A stretch of 64,000 bases of DNA. It comes from a candidate division WOR-3 bacterium (GTDB taxonomy: Bacteria; Hydrothermota; Hydrothermia; B15-G9; WFZT01). The DNA is taken from assembly GCA_027053075.1 (NCBI GenBank), contig JALUEE010000078.1:1-64000 (forward strand), in the 5' to 3' direction. The notes under the pieces were generated by a model. That model did not search any database, was not told the origin of the DNA, and worked only from the letters and a program-made list of their open reading frames with translations. This document shows, piece after piece, positions 9,751 through 19,391 of this stretch. The translations under genes and the position numbers were made by a program. Positions within the stretch are counted from its first letter, which is position 1. Every line of letters starts with the position of its first letter.

Positions 9751-11903
9751 TCCATAACAAGCTTAGAAATTTCCTCTGATGGTTCCACATCAAACCTCTT
9801 TTTAAGAGTTTCTTTGTGTATTTCATAAATGCGTCTTGCATTGGCATTTTCTCCGAGGTCCTTAAGAAGAAGGATGTAGGACCGTGTAATGGAGTCATTT
9901 GTGGGATCAATGAAGAATGCCTTATCGAGCAAAACCCGGGCCCTGCCAGTCTCTCCTGCCTTTACGTAAATATCTTTTAGCCTCTCTACGGCGTGGAAAA
10001 ATAGGTTTCTCAACCTCTCTCGCTCAACATACACAAACTCGAGGTATAGGTCATCCTCCAGGAAGTCCCCACCGTACAAGTCAATGGCTTTTTCCAGCTT
10101 AATCCTCACCTCAACCATGTCTGAGGTGCGTTCTGCATCGTTTATAAGTTTCTCAAACTCTTCAGCATCAAGATAAATCTCATCCGTCATTAATCCATAT
10201 TTTCCCTCGCTATAAACGAGTATTTCAGGCTTCTCGTTTTTCAACAGCCACGGCTCTATTACATCTCTCAAGACCGATATGTACACCCTGAATTTTCCGT
10301 AACTTTTGTCAGGGTCCTCCTCTGGCCACAGGTTTTCTATGATAAAATCACGTGGCAACATCCTGTTTCGGTTAACTACAAAAAACTTCAGGAGGTCCTT
10401 TATTGCAGGCCTCTTCCAGTCCTGAGATGAAATCTCGTAGTTCCCTATGAAAAGCTCGAATTTTCCAAAGGTCCTAATGACGAGTGGATTCCGGGTCTTG
10501 TATTCATGCACGAGCCTCGCATAGAGTTCCTTCTCCCCGGTATTTTTTACAAATTTTTTCAGGGTGAGAAGTAAACGAGGGTGAAAACTTAAATTTCTCC
10601 TTAAACTTTCGATAAATTTTCTCACATTTAGCTGGTGGATAATTTCTTCAGGGAATTCCTCATCGCCAAGGGCAACAGCGATTTTCAGTAAGAACTCCGG
10701 CTTTTTTAGCTCGTCCTTTAATTCACGAACTATATCTTTTACCTCTCGCCGAAAGAGCAGAAAATACCCCACCTTACCACCTCTCTGCTCAAGACAATCG
10801 CATACATGCTGGAGTTCTTTGACTGCTTCGTCCTTTCTGCCTGCATCAATAAGAAATTTTATGTAGAGGGGAACAATTACAAGAATATCACTGCAGGGAT
10901 TTTCAAGGGAGAATCCGTCAAAAACCTCTATTTCACCCTTATCCAGAAAATCAATATACCTGCTGAAAAAATCGGCGATCTTAAACTCATCAGACTCCCG
11001 GGCCTCCCACCTTCTGAGAATTGTTTCCGCCCGATTTTTCACGTCATTAAGGTTATGGGTCTTGTAGCTTAAAAGCATGTACAAAAGATGATAGGTAATA
11101 AATCCATGATCGTCATCAATATCCCTCAGTGCCCTTTCGACCATCTCAAGCGTCGTCCTGGCCTCTCGATTCTTCCCAAGAAGGAGATAAATCTTCGCTA
11201 TGCCATTCAATGTTGGAATCCTCGTGATAGCCATTTCAACACACTGCTCACGCCTGATCTCTTCGATGGTCTTTAATGCATTCTCCACATCGTTTAACTC
11301 GCTATAAAGTTCTGCGAGATTCACGAGAGTGGTGCAGAGGGTGGAAGGGACCGAAACTCTTCTTGAAAGCTTGATGGCTTCCTGATACATGGAAAGCGCA
11401 TTTTTGATATCCCCTTTTAAATCACTCAAGAGCGCAATGTTTGAGAGAATTGTAACAATAAGATGGAGGTCGCCTATTTTTTTCGCATATTCAAGCCCTT
11501 TCTCAAGATAAAAAATCGCCTCATCAAGCCTGTTTAAATAGTAGAGTGCATGGGAGATATCTATTAAAAAAGAGGGATATTGAGGGGTTTGGCTCATGGC
11601 GGAGTCAAGGGACTGGAGAATTCTTACTGCCTTTTCAAAATTTCCCCTCCCAATTTCCACCGCTCCCAGATTCCATTGAGCATAAGTTTTGATCTTTACA
11701 TCGTCTGATTCAAGGGCCTTTTTAAGGTAAGTCTCGGCCTCGAGCAACCTCCCGAGGAATCTGTACCCCACACCAAGGAAAAGGTAAACCTCAGGGTTTC
11801 TTTCCTCTGCAGGAATCTCCTCAAGCAGGTTCACCGCCTCCTGAAACTTTGCTTCATAGAGCAGATCTTTTACCTTTTTGATAATCTCATCAATATTCTT
11901 CAT
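9747..11903 (-). CDS. TPR-repeat transcriptional regulator with C-terminal winged helix and BTAD (SARP-like) domains
   Basis: N-terminal TPRs; IRTFGKFEL, LLKFFV, ENLWPE, LYGGDFL and DPTNDS motifs typical of the wHTH-BTAD module. Confidence 0.88.
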   Translation of the reverse strand: MKNIDEIIKKVKDLLYEAKFQEAVNLLEEIPAEERNPEVYLFLGVGYRFLGRLLEAETYLKKALESDDVKIKTYAQWNLGAVEIGRGNFEKAVRILQSLDSAMSQTPQYPSFLIDISHALYYLNRLDEAIFYLEKGLEYAKKIGDLHLIVTILSNIALLSDLKGDIKNALSMYQEAIKLSRRVSVPSTLCTTLVNLAELYSELNDVENALKTIEEIRREQCVEMAITRIPTLNGIAKIYLLLGKNREARTTLEMVERALRDIDDDHGFITYHLLYMLLSYKTHNLNDVKNRAETILRRWEARESDEFKIADFFSRYIDFLDKGEIEVFDGFSLENPCSDILVIVPLYIKFLIDAGRKDEAVKELQHVCDCLEQRGGKVGYFLLFRREVKDIVRELKDELKKPEFLLKIAVALGDEEFPEEIIHQLNVRKFIESLRRNLSFHPRLLLTLKKFVKNTGEKELYARLVHEYKTRNPLVIRTFGKFELFIGNYEISSQDWKRPAIKDLLKFFVVNRNRMLPRDFIIENLWPEEDPDKSYGKFRVYISVLRDVIEPWLLKNEKPEILVYSEGKYGLMTDEIYLDAEEFEKLINDAERTSDMVEVRIKLEKAIDLYGGDFLEDDLYLEFVYVERERLRNLFFHAVERLKDIYVKAGETGRARVLLDKAFFIDPTNDSITRSYILLLKDLGENANARRIYEIHKETLKKRFDVEPSEEISKLVMD

Positions 11904-11908
11904 GGCCC

Positions 11909-11937
11909 TGTTAACTGTGTGTTAACAATTTTGTAAC
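11909..11937. promoter_or_regulatory. Three heptamer direct repeats at 11-bp period; candidate operator of the BTAD regulator
   Basis: TGTTAAC (11909), TGTTAAC (11920) and TTGTAAC (11931) in the divergent intergenic region. Confidence 0.55.
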
Positions 11938-12046
11938 ACCTAAATTTTAACATAAACGTGGCTATGAAAGATAATCATTTAAAGACTCATAAACAAAGGC
12001 CTGAAAATCTCCGAAGCAAAATTAAACAAACAATGGGGGCGCAATT

Positions 12047-12214
12047 ATGATCAGGAAATTTTTCACAGTTGAGTATGTAATCAGGGAGAACGGCGAGAAA
12101 AGAATGGTCCTGAGCATCATTAATCAGGATGTGAAGAAAAAGATTTTCTACGACGTTGAAGAATTCATCAGGTATATAAGAAACCTTCTAAAAGAAGGAG
12201 ATGAAAAGCAATAG
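12047..12214 (+). CDS. Small hypothetical protein (55 aa), below the ORF-track cutoff
   Basis: MIRKFFTVEYVIRENGEKRMVLSIINQDVKKKIFYDVEEFIRYIRNLLKEGDEKQ; GGGGG 7 nt upstream; stop codon overlaps the AGGAGGTG SD of the next gene. Confidence 0.65.
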   Translation: MIRKFFTVEYVIRENGEKRMVLSIINQDVKKKIFYDVEEFIRYIRNLLKEGDEKQ

Positions 12215-12225
12215 GAGGTGATAGT

Positions 12226-12795
12226 ATGAAGTTAAAAAATGTAGTAGGAATCATAATTCTTGCCCTGGTACTGGCAGGGTGTAAAAGCAGTACAACAGGC
12301 CCCGGGGGCGGCGGACTCGTCGGCGGAGGGGGCGGTGGTGGAAACGGTGGTGGCGGCGGTGGTGGAAATAATATCACATCCATCACTGTCTCAGGACATA
12401 TTCAGGACCACTTTGGCCTCCAGAATTATCATCTCGAAATCTTACTCTCCCATGACCAGACAGTGGACGACAATGATTATGAAAGTAATCCGGTGGATGT
12501 GAATCTGGAATTTTCAAATGTCACTTTTGATGTCCCTCAGGGATATGGAGCCAATGATTTCGTAATCATCCTCGCAGTCTCGGACTGCATAGATGCTGAT
12601 GGCGACGGCAATGCAGATGATAGGGCTCTTGGAGCTTATCCAGATCTGCAGAACAACCAGTTTGTATTTACAAGAGTGCAGTCAACATTTTCAAATATTA
12701 CCCTTGATGCCCAGTACTACATCCAGGATGCATGCGGGGGTGGCAAGGGTGATAAAAGCAAATGGATTATTAAACACAGGGAGGTGAAACCATGA
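12226..12795 (+). CDS. Lipoprotein with polyglycine linker and DxDxDG Ca-binding-like motif
   Basis: Lipobox LAGC, long Gly tract, DADGDGNADD; strong SD. Confidence 0.8.
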   Translation: MKLKNVVGIIILALVLAGCKSSTTGPGGGGLVGGGGGGGNGGGGGGGNNITSITVSGHIQDHFGLQNYHLEILLSHDQTVDDNDYESNPVDVNLEFSNVTFDVPQGYGANDFVIILAVSDCIDADGDGNADDRALGAYPDLQNNQFVFTRVQSTFSNITLDAQYYIQDACGGGKGDKSKWIIKHREVKP

Positions 12796-13415
12796 AAAAA
12801 CTTATGGTAATAATTGCAGTTGTCGCACTTATAGGCTCAGCATCTGCATTTGATTTCACAAATAAGTTTGGAATAAATGCCGGAGTGGGAATGGGTATTC
12901 CCATTGGAGATATGCCCGATATGTTCCCTGAAGACAGGGGCCCGGCACTTGGTGGAGAAAACGGCTTTAAGCTCATCGGAAACTTTTCCTACGGTGTCAC
13001 AAGAAGTATTGTTGCCATGCTTGGATTTTCAACCGGTAGCTATCGGATCACGAAAGTTGGGAACAATACAATTGACCCTCACCAGCAGAAGGTACATGAC
13101 AAGATAACAAGCTTCAACGGAATTGTGAGATACTACCTGAACCTTCCAGGAAGGCCTCTAATGCCTTACTTCCAGGGTGGAGCCGGTCTTCACATGGTAG
13201 CAACAGAGGTAAAGAACGTCGGGCAGGGCACAAAGGACAAGGCCACCAAGAACTGCATAGGTATAAACATGGGAGCCGGATTCCATCTTCAGCCGAGGAA
13301 GAGCTTTGGAATTGATGTCAATCTGTCATTTGACTTTATCTTCACATCAACTGACTACAACGATATCAACACCAAGATATTCACGATAACAGCAGGCCCT
13401 GTATTCTTCTTCTGA
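12792..13415 (+). CDS. Outer-membrane beta-barrel protein (8-stranded, OmpA/OmpW-like)
   Basis: Signal peptide, PYFQGGAG, alternating beta strands, terminal Phe. Confidence 0.85.
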   Translation: MKKLMVIIAVVALIGSASAFDFTNKFGINAGVGMGIPIGDMPDMFPEDRGPALGGENGFKLIGNFSYGVTRSIVAMLGFSTGSYRITKVGNNTIDPHQQKVHDKITSFNGIVRYYLNLPGRPLMPYFQGGAGLHMVATEVKNVGQGTKDKATKNCIGINMGAGFHLQPRKSFGIDVNLSFDFIFTSTDYNDINTKIFTITAGPVFFF

Positions 13416-13437
13416 GAGGTAAGAGAGGACGCTAAAT

Positions 13438-13466
13438 GGGGGGCGGGGCCTTCGGCCCCGCCCCCC
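13438..13466. terminator. GC-rich hairpin between convergent genes
   Basis: 13-bp perfect stem GGGGGGCGGGGCC-TTC-GGCCCCGCCCCCC. Confidence 0.7.
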
Positions 13467-13506
13467 TCATTAAAATTTACTTTATCTGATCGCTCTCAAT
13501 CACTCA

Positions 13507-13962
13507 CTACTTGCCTTCGAGAAACTCGATTATCTCACTAAAATCAGGAAGCTGTGGAATGTCATAGTGCTTCGCAAAGATCACCTTACCTTCCTCATCA
13601 ACAATTATGTTGGCCCTCTCAGAGAATCCCTTCTCATCGTTGAAGATGCCAAGCATCTTTGCAACCTCACCGTGCGGCCAGAAATCCGAAAGAAGCTTTG
13701 TCTTCTTTAATCCCATACTATCAGCCCACGCACGTTTACAGTAAATGCTGTCCACACTGATTCCAAGAGCTACAACACCTAACTCCTCTAATTTGTCATA
13801 ATACTTTTCAAGCTCCTGCATCTGGTTTTTGCAAACCGGTGTCCATGCAAGGGGATGGAAGGATAGAAGAACCTTCTTTCCGCTGAAATCACTCAGCTTC
13901 ACCACATTTCCGTCCTGATCCGGAAGCTCAAAATCTTTGATTTTATCTCCAATTTTTACCAT
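13507..13962 (-). CDS. Peroxiredoxin (AhpE/BCP-like)
   Basis: PLAWTPVC peroxidatic motif, GISVDS, SDFWPHGEVA. Confidence 0.92.
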   Translation of the reverse strand: MVKIGDKIKDFELPDQDGNVVKLSDFSGKKVLLSFHPLAWTPVCKNQMQELEKYYDKLEELGVVALGISVDSIYCKRAWADSMGLKKTKLLSDFWPHGEVAKMLGIFNDEKGFSERANIIVDEEGKVIFAKHYDIPQLPDFSEIIEFLEGK

Positions 13963-14075
13963 TTCTTAACCTCCTTTTGAACCAATTATAAGGCCAATCG
14001 AATTAATTATCATTAACTTTGTCATATTTAATTTCTCACAAGCAAAGCTTGTTGGCAAAAGGACGCAATATTTCG

Positions 14076-14118
14076 TCCCTCCCTGCGCGGAGCGCGGGGG
14101 AGGGTGACGGGAGAGGGC
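14076..14118. repeat. REP-like GC-rich hairpin repeat
   Basis: CCCTCCCTGCGC-GGA-GCGCGGGGGAGGG followed by TGACGGGAGAGGG, same layout as the other dispersed copies. Confidence 0.65.
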
Positions 14119-14178
14119 ATTCCACTTGAAAATTTATATATTTTGAAATTTTTCTCCCCTTCCCTTAGCATAACACAC

Positions 14179-15636
14179 ATGGTTTCAAGGTTGATTTTAA
14201 TTTTTCTCCTTTTTCTGCCCCTTGCGGCCCAGTATCCCACTGATGGGCCGTATCGCTCGATTCATGCATCTCCACCGCAACTGCCACCTCTTTACGGCTA
14301 TGTCGTCGATTCCTCTGTTCCAACTCCCATGCGTCTTACACGCATAACTGACTATGTGGCGAGCTGGGACTGGTATCCACACCACGAATACTCAAAAATT
14401 CAGCCCTGGAATGCCAATGCAACAATTTACAAATTCTATACTGTTGCTATCTACGATGCCCAAACCTTTCAGATGATCAGGGAGCTTCCTGGCTCGGAAC
14501 TCTACCCTACCTACTGGTCCAACATAAATCCAGACATAATGTATAGTTTCAGGGAGAACGGAGATGTTAAAACCTACTCTGTGAGTCAGGATCAAATAAC
14601 TCTGCGTGGACACATCACTGACGCTGATTCCAACGACTACGAAGTGGTTAAATTAGGGCCAGGAGAGGGAAATATCGACAAATTCGACCACTATGTGGCC
14701 CTTGTTGGTAAAAGAGGCACTGACCTCGATGTGATTATCTATAATCTTCAAACATTCCAAGCGGAATTGATAAGAACATTCCCCGGTGCCTGGGGAAACG
14801 GAACAAACGATTTTCCACAATATATTGATTGGGTTTCAGTCTCCCAATCTGGCAACTATGTGGGAATAATGTGGGATCACAACAACACATCACCATCAAA
14901 CCCGTTTAACGGCCACTATGGGGTGGAAATCTATCGCAGAAGTGACATGCAGTTTTTGAGGCGAATAGCAGATTATGGAAATCATGGTGACTTTGGATAT
15001 GACACAAACGGAAATGAAGTTTTTGTGCAATTCTGGGGTCCAACTGGTTCACTTAACATGTACTATCTCGACCATTTAGAGCGTGTGGTTTTAAGCAACA
15101 ATCCAGACTTTGTTGGAGAAGGACATATTTCCTGCAGGAACCTTCAGCGTCCCGGCTGGGCTTATGTTAGTCAGGATGATTCCTCTCGCTCCGGCCAGAT
15201 AGTTGCTGTAAGACTTGATGGCTCCGGGATTTTCGAACATTTCGGGCATCACTTTAGTAGCAGCATGAATTATCTCAAGTCCCCTATGCCAGTTCCATCA
15301 CCGGACGGCTCAAAGGTCATGTTCAAAAGCGATTTCTGGGATACAACTTCTCAAGTGGTCTATACCTTCATTGCTACTGTAGAAAACCCTCAAGGTGTGC
15401 ACAATAAAATTGTTTCAGCACCTGTAAAAATTTACCCCACGGTGGTGAGGGATTTTCTGTATATCTCAGGTGACAGCCCCGCGAGGGTAGAGATTTTTAA
15501 CGTGCTCGGGGATAGGATCAGATTTTATTCAGGCCCCCAACTTAATCTAAGACATCTACCCCAGGGCACATACATCGCAAAGGTTGTTACAGGAGACAGT
15601 ATCTTCAGGAGAAAATTTATAAAAATAGCCAGATAG
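14179..15636 (+). CDS. Secreted beta-propeller protein with T9SS-like C-terminal sorting domain
   Basis: Start moved to MVSRLILIF (signal peptide). PSPDGSKVMFKSD WD40/PD40-like end; CTD IYPT...VEIFNVLG...LPQGTYIAKV...KFIK. Confidence 0.82.
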   Translation: MVSRLILIFLLFLPLAAQYPTDGPYRSIHASPPQLPPLYGYVVDSSVPTPMRLTRITDYVASWDWYPHHEYSKIQPWNANATIYKFYTVAIYDAQTFQMIRELPGSELYPTYWSNINPDIMYSFRENGDVKTYSVSQDQITLRGHITDADSNDYEVVKLGPGEGNIDKFDHYVALVGKRGTDLDVIIYNLQTFQAELIRTFPGAWGNGTNDFPQYIDWVSVSQSGNYVGIMWDHNNTSPSNPFNGHYGVEIYRRSDMQFLRRIADYGNHGDFGYDTNGNEVFVQFWGPTGSLNMYYLDHLERVVLSNNPDFVGEGHISCRNLQRPGWAYVSQDDSSRSGQIVAVRLDGSGIFEHFGHHFSSSMNYLKSPMPVPSPDGSKVMFKSDFWDTTSQVVYTFIATVENPQGVHNKIVSAPVKIYPTVVRDFLYISGDSPARVEIFNVLGDRIRFYSGPQLNLRHLPQGTYIAKVVTGDSIFRRKFIKIAR

Positions 15637-15637
15637 C

Positions 15638-16207
15638 CTAAATATTCTTTAAATACTCCTGCTCAAGAAATCGGTTATAAAGCAAAAGGAGCTGATTTTC
15701 ACTACTAATCACATTTCCGAGCAAGGCAAGAAACTTCTTTTTATCGCTGGACACCCTGGAGTGAAATCTATCGAAGATATGGTTCATCAACAATTCCACC
15801 TTTTTATCGAAATATTCGGTAACTACTTCTATATCTGAGAGCTGGAAAATAAGCTTTTGGTCCACGAGATCAGCGTGGTTTCCAATGAAATATCTTATAC
15901 CCACCCCCTTCTTGATACCGGGTATATTTAGTTCATCGGATTCAAGCCCCTCATGGATGAAATCCTCGAGGACTTTATCCTTATCTTTTACTTTGTCCTT
16001 CAAATTTTCAAAGAGCTTCTTGTGAAAATCCAGAGCATCCTTCACCTGCTTTCTATTCCCTTCAATTTCTTCTTTTACCACTTTGAAGGCTTTTCTGAGA
16101 AACGACTTATTCCGTCTTTTCTCTTTCCAATTGTCAATTATGAGCGCGATCAACACGCCAAGGGTTACAACTATGAGATTCAACACAAAAGAGTTCATAA
16201 ACCCCAT
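15638..16207 (-). CDS. Hypothetical membrane-anchored helical protein
   Basis: GGAGGT SD before ATG 16207; N-terminal TM segment LIVVTLGVLIAL followed by a coiled region. Confidence 0.7.
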   Translation of the reverse strand: MGFMNSFVLNLIVVTLGVLIALIIDNWKEKRRNKSFLRKAFKVVKEEIEGNRKQVKDALDFHKKLFENLKDKVKDKDKVLEDFIHEGLESDELNIPGIKKGVGIRYFIGNHADLVDQKLIFQLSDIEVVTEYFDKKVELLMNHIFDRFHSRVSSDKKKFLALLGNVISSENQLLLLYNRFLEQEYLKNI

Positions 16208-16228
16208 AAACACCTCCGTTCTGATAAA

Positions 16229-17503
16229 TTATAAGCCCTCGGGGAATTTAAGAGGTCTCCATGGAATGGAAACTGAACGTCGGCCTGTAAAATCCGGGGG
16301 ATTTACCACGACATCCTTTACCTTTTTCCCATAAATATACACTTCGGTACTTTCTGGGGCTGGTGTATAAAAGGTTAATCCCTGGAAATCATCCTCCTCA
16401 GGCTTCCAGTTTGCCTTAATTCTATCAATAAAAATTATCACCTTTCCGTTTTCGACCTTGTAATGCCAGTTTAAATACCTCTCCACCAGATTCAGCACAA
16501 GCAGTCTTGTTGTAGTTGTAACAAGCAATCTGTCCTCGTGAAACTCCTTTGCAATGTGTTCCAATGTCTTCTTTGTAGAATCGGAGAAGTATTCTGGTGG
16601 CCCCAGATTGTCCCCAAGATGAGTATAAACGATCATGTAGCCACTTTTTCTTTCAAGCTCCTCGATAACCTGAGGTGAAAGCTGACGTGGAAGCGCTTCT
16701 GCATTGGCGTGCGCTACCCTGCCCATACTGCTCATATATCTTACAAAATGAAAAACTTCATACCCATCATCAAGTTGCGCGGACTCAAGAAGGTGATTTC
16801 TCAGGTAAAACCCTAAAAGCCAGTGATGGGCACCGGTCAGATAGGCCTGGGCATCTTTAAGAGCCTTTAAATAATCGATAAACCTTCGCCTCCCGTCTTG
16901 GCCAACATTGTGGCAAACCTCATAAAATCCAAAAAATTTAAAACCCACTGACTTCAAAAGGTCAGAAACATAATACGGACTGCCAGGATTGTCCCCTAAC
17001 TGGAAGCTTAAGGGTCCAACATTCTGGTGGTTGGTTGGAGGCCCATGATTTATCCATGTCAGCAGTTTGAGGTTGTTTCTTTTGATAAAAGTAACCGCTG
17101 ACTCCGCAAACTCCCGTCTAAAACCACCGAGACTAAATTCCCCAAATGTATGGAGATAATCGATGTAACCCGCACGTATGAATTTAACGATGGTTTTCGC
17201 GGCAGGGGAAAGCTCGAAACTTGTATCCTTAAAAACAGTGAATCTGGTGGAATGGAGGGCATCGAAGAACCAGAAACTGTAGCCTATTTCGAGGCCAAGC
17301 CCCCGACCAATAGGTGTAGAATCGGTGGTATTCAGATATCTCATTATTGTGAGAAATTCTCCCAGACTGTCGGTTCTATCACAGTCCGAAGAAATTGCCA
17401 GGGCCGCACGGTAAGGGTAGGGAATAGGTCTCAAACTGACCGCTTTTTCATGCCTACACCCAGTTATCAGGGCAAAAATAAGGAGAAAGATATAACGCAT
17501 CAA
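16229..17503 (-). CDS. Lipoprotein with polysaccharide deacetylase/GH57-like (NodB) fold
   Basis: Lipobox ITGC; PYPYRAALAISSDCD, YLHTFG, WINHG and IVYTHLG motifs. Confidence 0.65.
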   Translation of the reverse strand: MMRYIFLLIFALITGCRHEKAVSLRPIPYPYRAALAISSDCDRTDSLGEFLTIMRYLNTTDSTPIGRGLGLEIGYSFWFFDALHSTRFTVFKDTSFELSPAAKTIVKFIRAGYIDYLHTFGEFSLGGFRREFAESAVTFIKRNNLKLLTWINHGPPTNHQNVGPLSFQLGDNPGSPYYVSDLLKSVGFKFFGFYEVCHNVGQDGRRRFIDYLKALKDAQAYLTGAHHWLLGFYLRNHLLESAQLDDGYEVFHFVRYMSSMGRVAHANAEALPRQLSPQVIEELERKSGYMIVYTHLGDNLGPPEYFSDSTKKTLEHIAKEFHEDRLLVTTTTRLLVLNLVERYLNWHYKVENGKVIIFIDRIKANWKPEEDDFQGLTFYTPAPESTEVYIYGKKVKDVVVNPPDFTGRRSVSIPWRPLKFPEGL

Positions 17504-18834
17504 CTCTGAAGAAGGATAGCTCTTGCCCTCTCTAAAAGTTGCTCAGAGAATCCCCTTTCTGCTGATTCCACGTAAATTCTCATAATGGGCTCGGTGTTCG
17601 ATGGCCTCACATGGACCCAGAAATTTTCACCCCTCAAATACAGTCCGTCTGATGTGTCTATCCACTGGGGCTTGAATTCCTCGATCATTTTTTCAACAGG
17701 GATTTCCTTTCTTACCTCTACCCGGTCTTTTAGAAGATAATAGTTTTTAATCCCACCCAAAACCCTTTCAATTCCTTCCTTTGCCACACGCGTAAGAATC
17801 AGTGAAGTTCCTACAAGGGAATCTCGGGTTGCGTTTATCTCAGGAACAATAACTCCGCCATTCCCCTCCCCTCCAAAGGCACTTTTGATTTCCTGTATTT
17901 TTTGTACAACGTTTGCCTCACCTACCGGGGTTCTCAAAACCTGCACACCAAATTCCCTCGCCACATCCTCGATCATCATGGATGTTGAGAGATTGACGAC
18001 AATGTCCGTTTTTCTGACACTCAACACAGCTGGAGCCGCCAATACAATGGTATGTTCCTCGGTCAATAGCCCCATTCCCTTGAATCCCACAAGCAAGCGA
18101 TCGCCATCCGGGTCAGTGGCAAAGCCTATATCTGCCTTCCCTTCCGTGAGAATTTCATCAAGCTCTTTTAGATTCTCCTTTTTAGGTTCAGGTGGGTGTG
18201 GAAATATTCCTGTGGGCTCGCAGTTCAATTTCATGATATCCCTGATTCCGAGTCTTTCGAGGAGACGCGGAAGGGCATGGAAATTTGCCCCATTAACTGC
18301 ATCAACAGCAACCCTGAATCCCGTCTGCCTTATGGCATCAACATCCACATACGGAGAGGAAACTATTTTATCAATATGGTCCTCAATCGCCCGCTCATAG
18401 GTGGCGTACTTTCCGACACTGTCCCAATTCGCCCATTCGTAGCCCGAATCGAGTATTTTCTTGATGTTCAGAACATCTTCTCTAAAGGTGAAAACACCGC
18501 CGGACTTCACAAGCTTGAGTGCGTTCCATTCTATAGGGTTGTGACTTGCGGTTACGACAACGCCACCGTGGGCCTTCTTCTCACGAACCATGAAAAGGAG
18601 TGTGGGGGTCGGGACAATCCCCACATCTACAGCGTCGCTGCCCGTTGCAAGTATGGCTGAAACAGTAGCCGATTTCACCATCTCACCATGAGGACGCGTG
18701 TCCCTGCCAATAAAATAAACTCCCTGTCCGTTGCTCCTTACGAAAGCATGGGTGTACTTCAATATCACATCGGGAGTGAGAGTCTCACCAACCACTCCCC
18801 TCAGTCCTGACACGGTAAAGAGCAGTCTTTTCAT
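17500..18834 (-). CDS. glmM: Phosphoglucosamine mutase / phosphomannomutase (archaeal-type phosphohexomutase)
   Basis: TASHNP phosphoserine loop, DPDGDR metal loop, GGEGNGG, RPSNTEP. Confidence 0.85.
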   Translation of the reverse strand: MKRLLFTVSGLRGVVGETLTPDVILKYTHAFVRSNGQGVYFIGRDTRPHGEMVKSATVSAILATGSDAVDVGIVPTPTLLFMVREKKAHGGVVVTASHNPIEWNALKLVKSGGVFTFREDVLNIKKILDSGYEWANWDSVGKYATYERAIEDHIDKIVSSPYVDVDAIRQTGFRVAVDAVNGANFHALPRLLERLGIRDIMKLNCEPTGIFPHPPEPKKENLKELDEILTEGKADIGFATDPDGDRLLVGFKGMGLLTEEHTIVLAAPAVLSVRKTDIVVNLSTSMMIEDVAREFGVQVLRTPVGEANVVQKIQEIKSAFGGEGNGGVIVPEINATRDSLVGTSLILTRVAKEGIERVLGGIKNYYLLKDRVEVRKEIPVEKMIEEFKPQWIDTSDGLYLRGENFWVHVRPSNTEPIMRIYVESAERGFSEQLLERARAILLQS

Positions 18835-18835
18835 T

Positions 18836-19249
18836 TTATTCCCCTATAACCTTTATAAGCACCCTCTTGGGCCTCTGGCCGTCAAATTCTGCATAAAAAA
18901 CCTGTTGCCAGGGGCCAAAATCCAGCCTTCCATTGGTCACAGGAATGACCACCTGATGGTGGATTAAAAGGCTCTTCAGGTGGGCATCAGCGTTGGTCTC
19001 ACCGGTTCGATGGTGCAGATAATCTTTTTTGAACGGAGCAAGCTTTTCCGCCCATTCAAGGATATCCTGGATGATACCGGGTTCGTCATCATTGACATAA
19101 ACTCCTGCTGTAACGTGCATGGCAGAAACAAGAATCAAACCTTCTTTTACCCCGCTCTCCTCGAGCGCCCTCTCGACCTCGGGTGTAATATTGATAATTT
19201 CCCTGAGTTTTTTAGTGTTAAAGGTCAGATATTTTGTGTAAGATTTCAT
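18836..19249 (-). CDS. yjbQ: YjbQ/UPF0047 family protein
   Basis: [30 protein letters not shown]. Confidence 0.92.
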   Translation of the reverse strand: MKSYTKYLTFNTKKLREIINITPEVERALEESGVKEGLILVSAMHVTAGVYVNDDEPGIIQDILEWAEKLAPFKKDYLHHRTGETNADAHLKSLLIHHQVVIPVTNGRLDFGPWQQVFYAEFDGQRPKRVLIKVIGE

Positions 19250-19391
19250 CTACAACCTCCTGTTTGACATATAAATTTTCATGCATCAACTAAGAAAAAT
19301 CATCAAGTGAGCCTGTTTGAATAATCTGAATGAATATTAATCGCCAAGTGTTAAGCTTGAAATATACTGACAGCTTCACGTTAAAAAGTTT

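Noticed and set aside
11964..12050. 28-codon ORF overlapping the 55-aa ORF start (ATGA)
   Set aside because: No SD, lies in the promoter region and has no leader-peptide signature
12300..12366. GGN-rich low-complexity tract as a tandem repeat or contingency locus
   Set aside because: It encodes the polyglycine linker with mixed codons; the antisense poly-Pro ORF is its shadow
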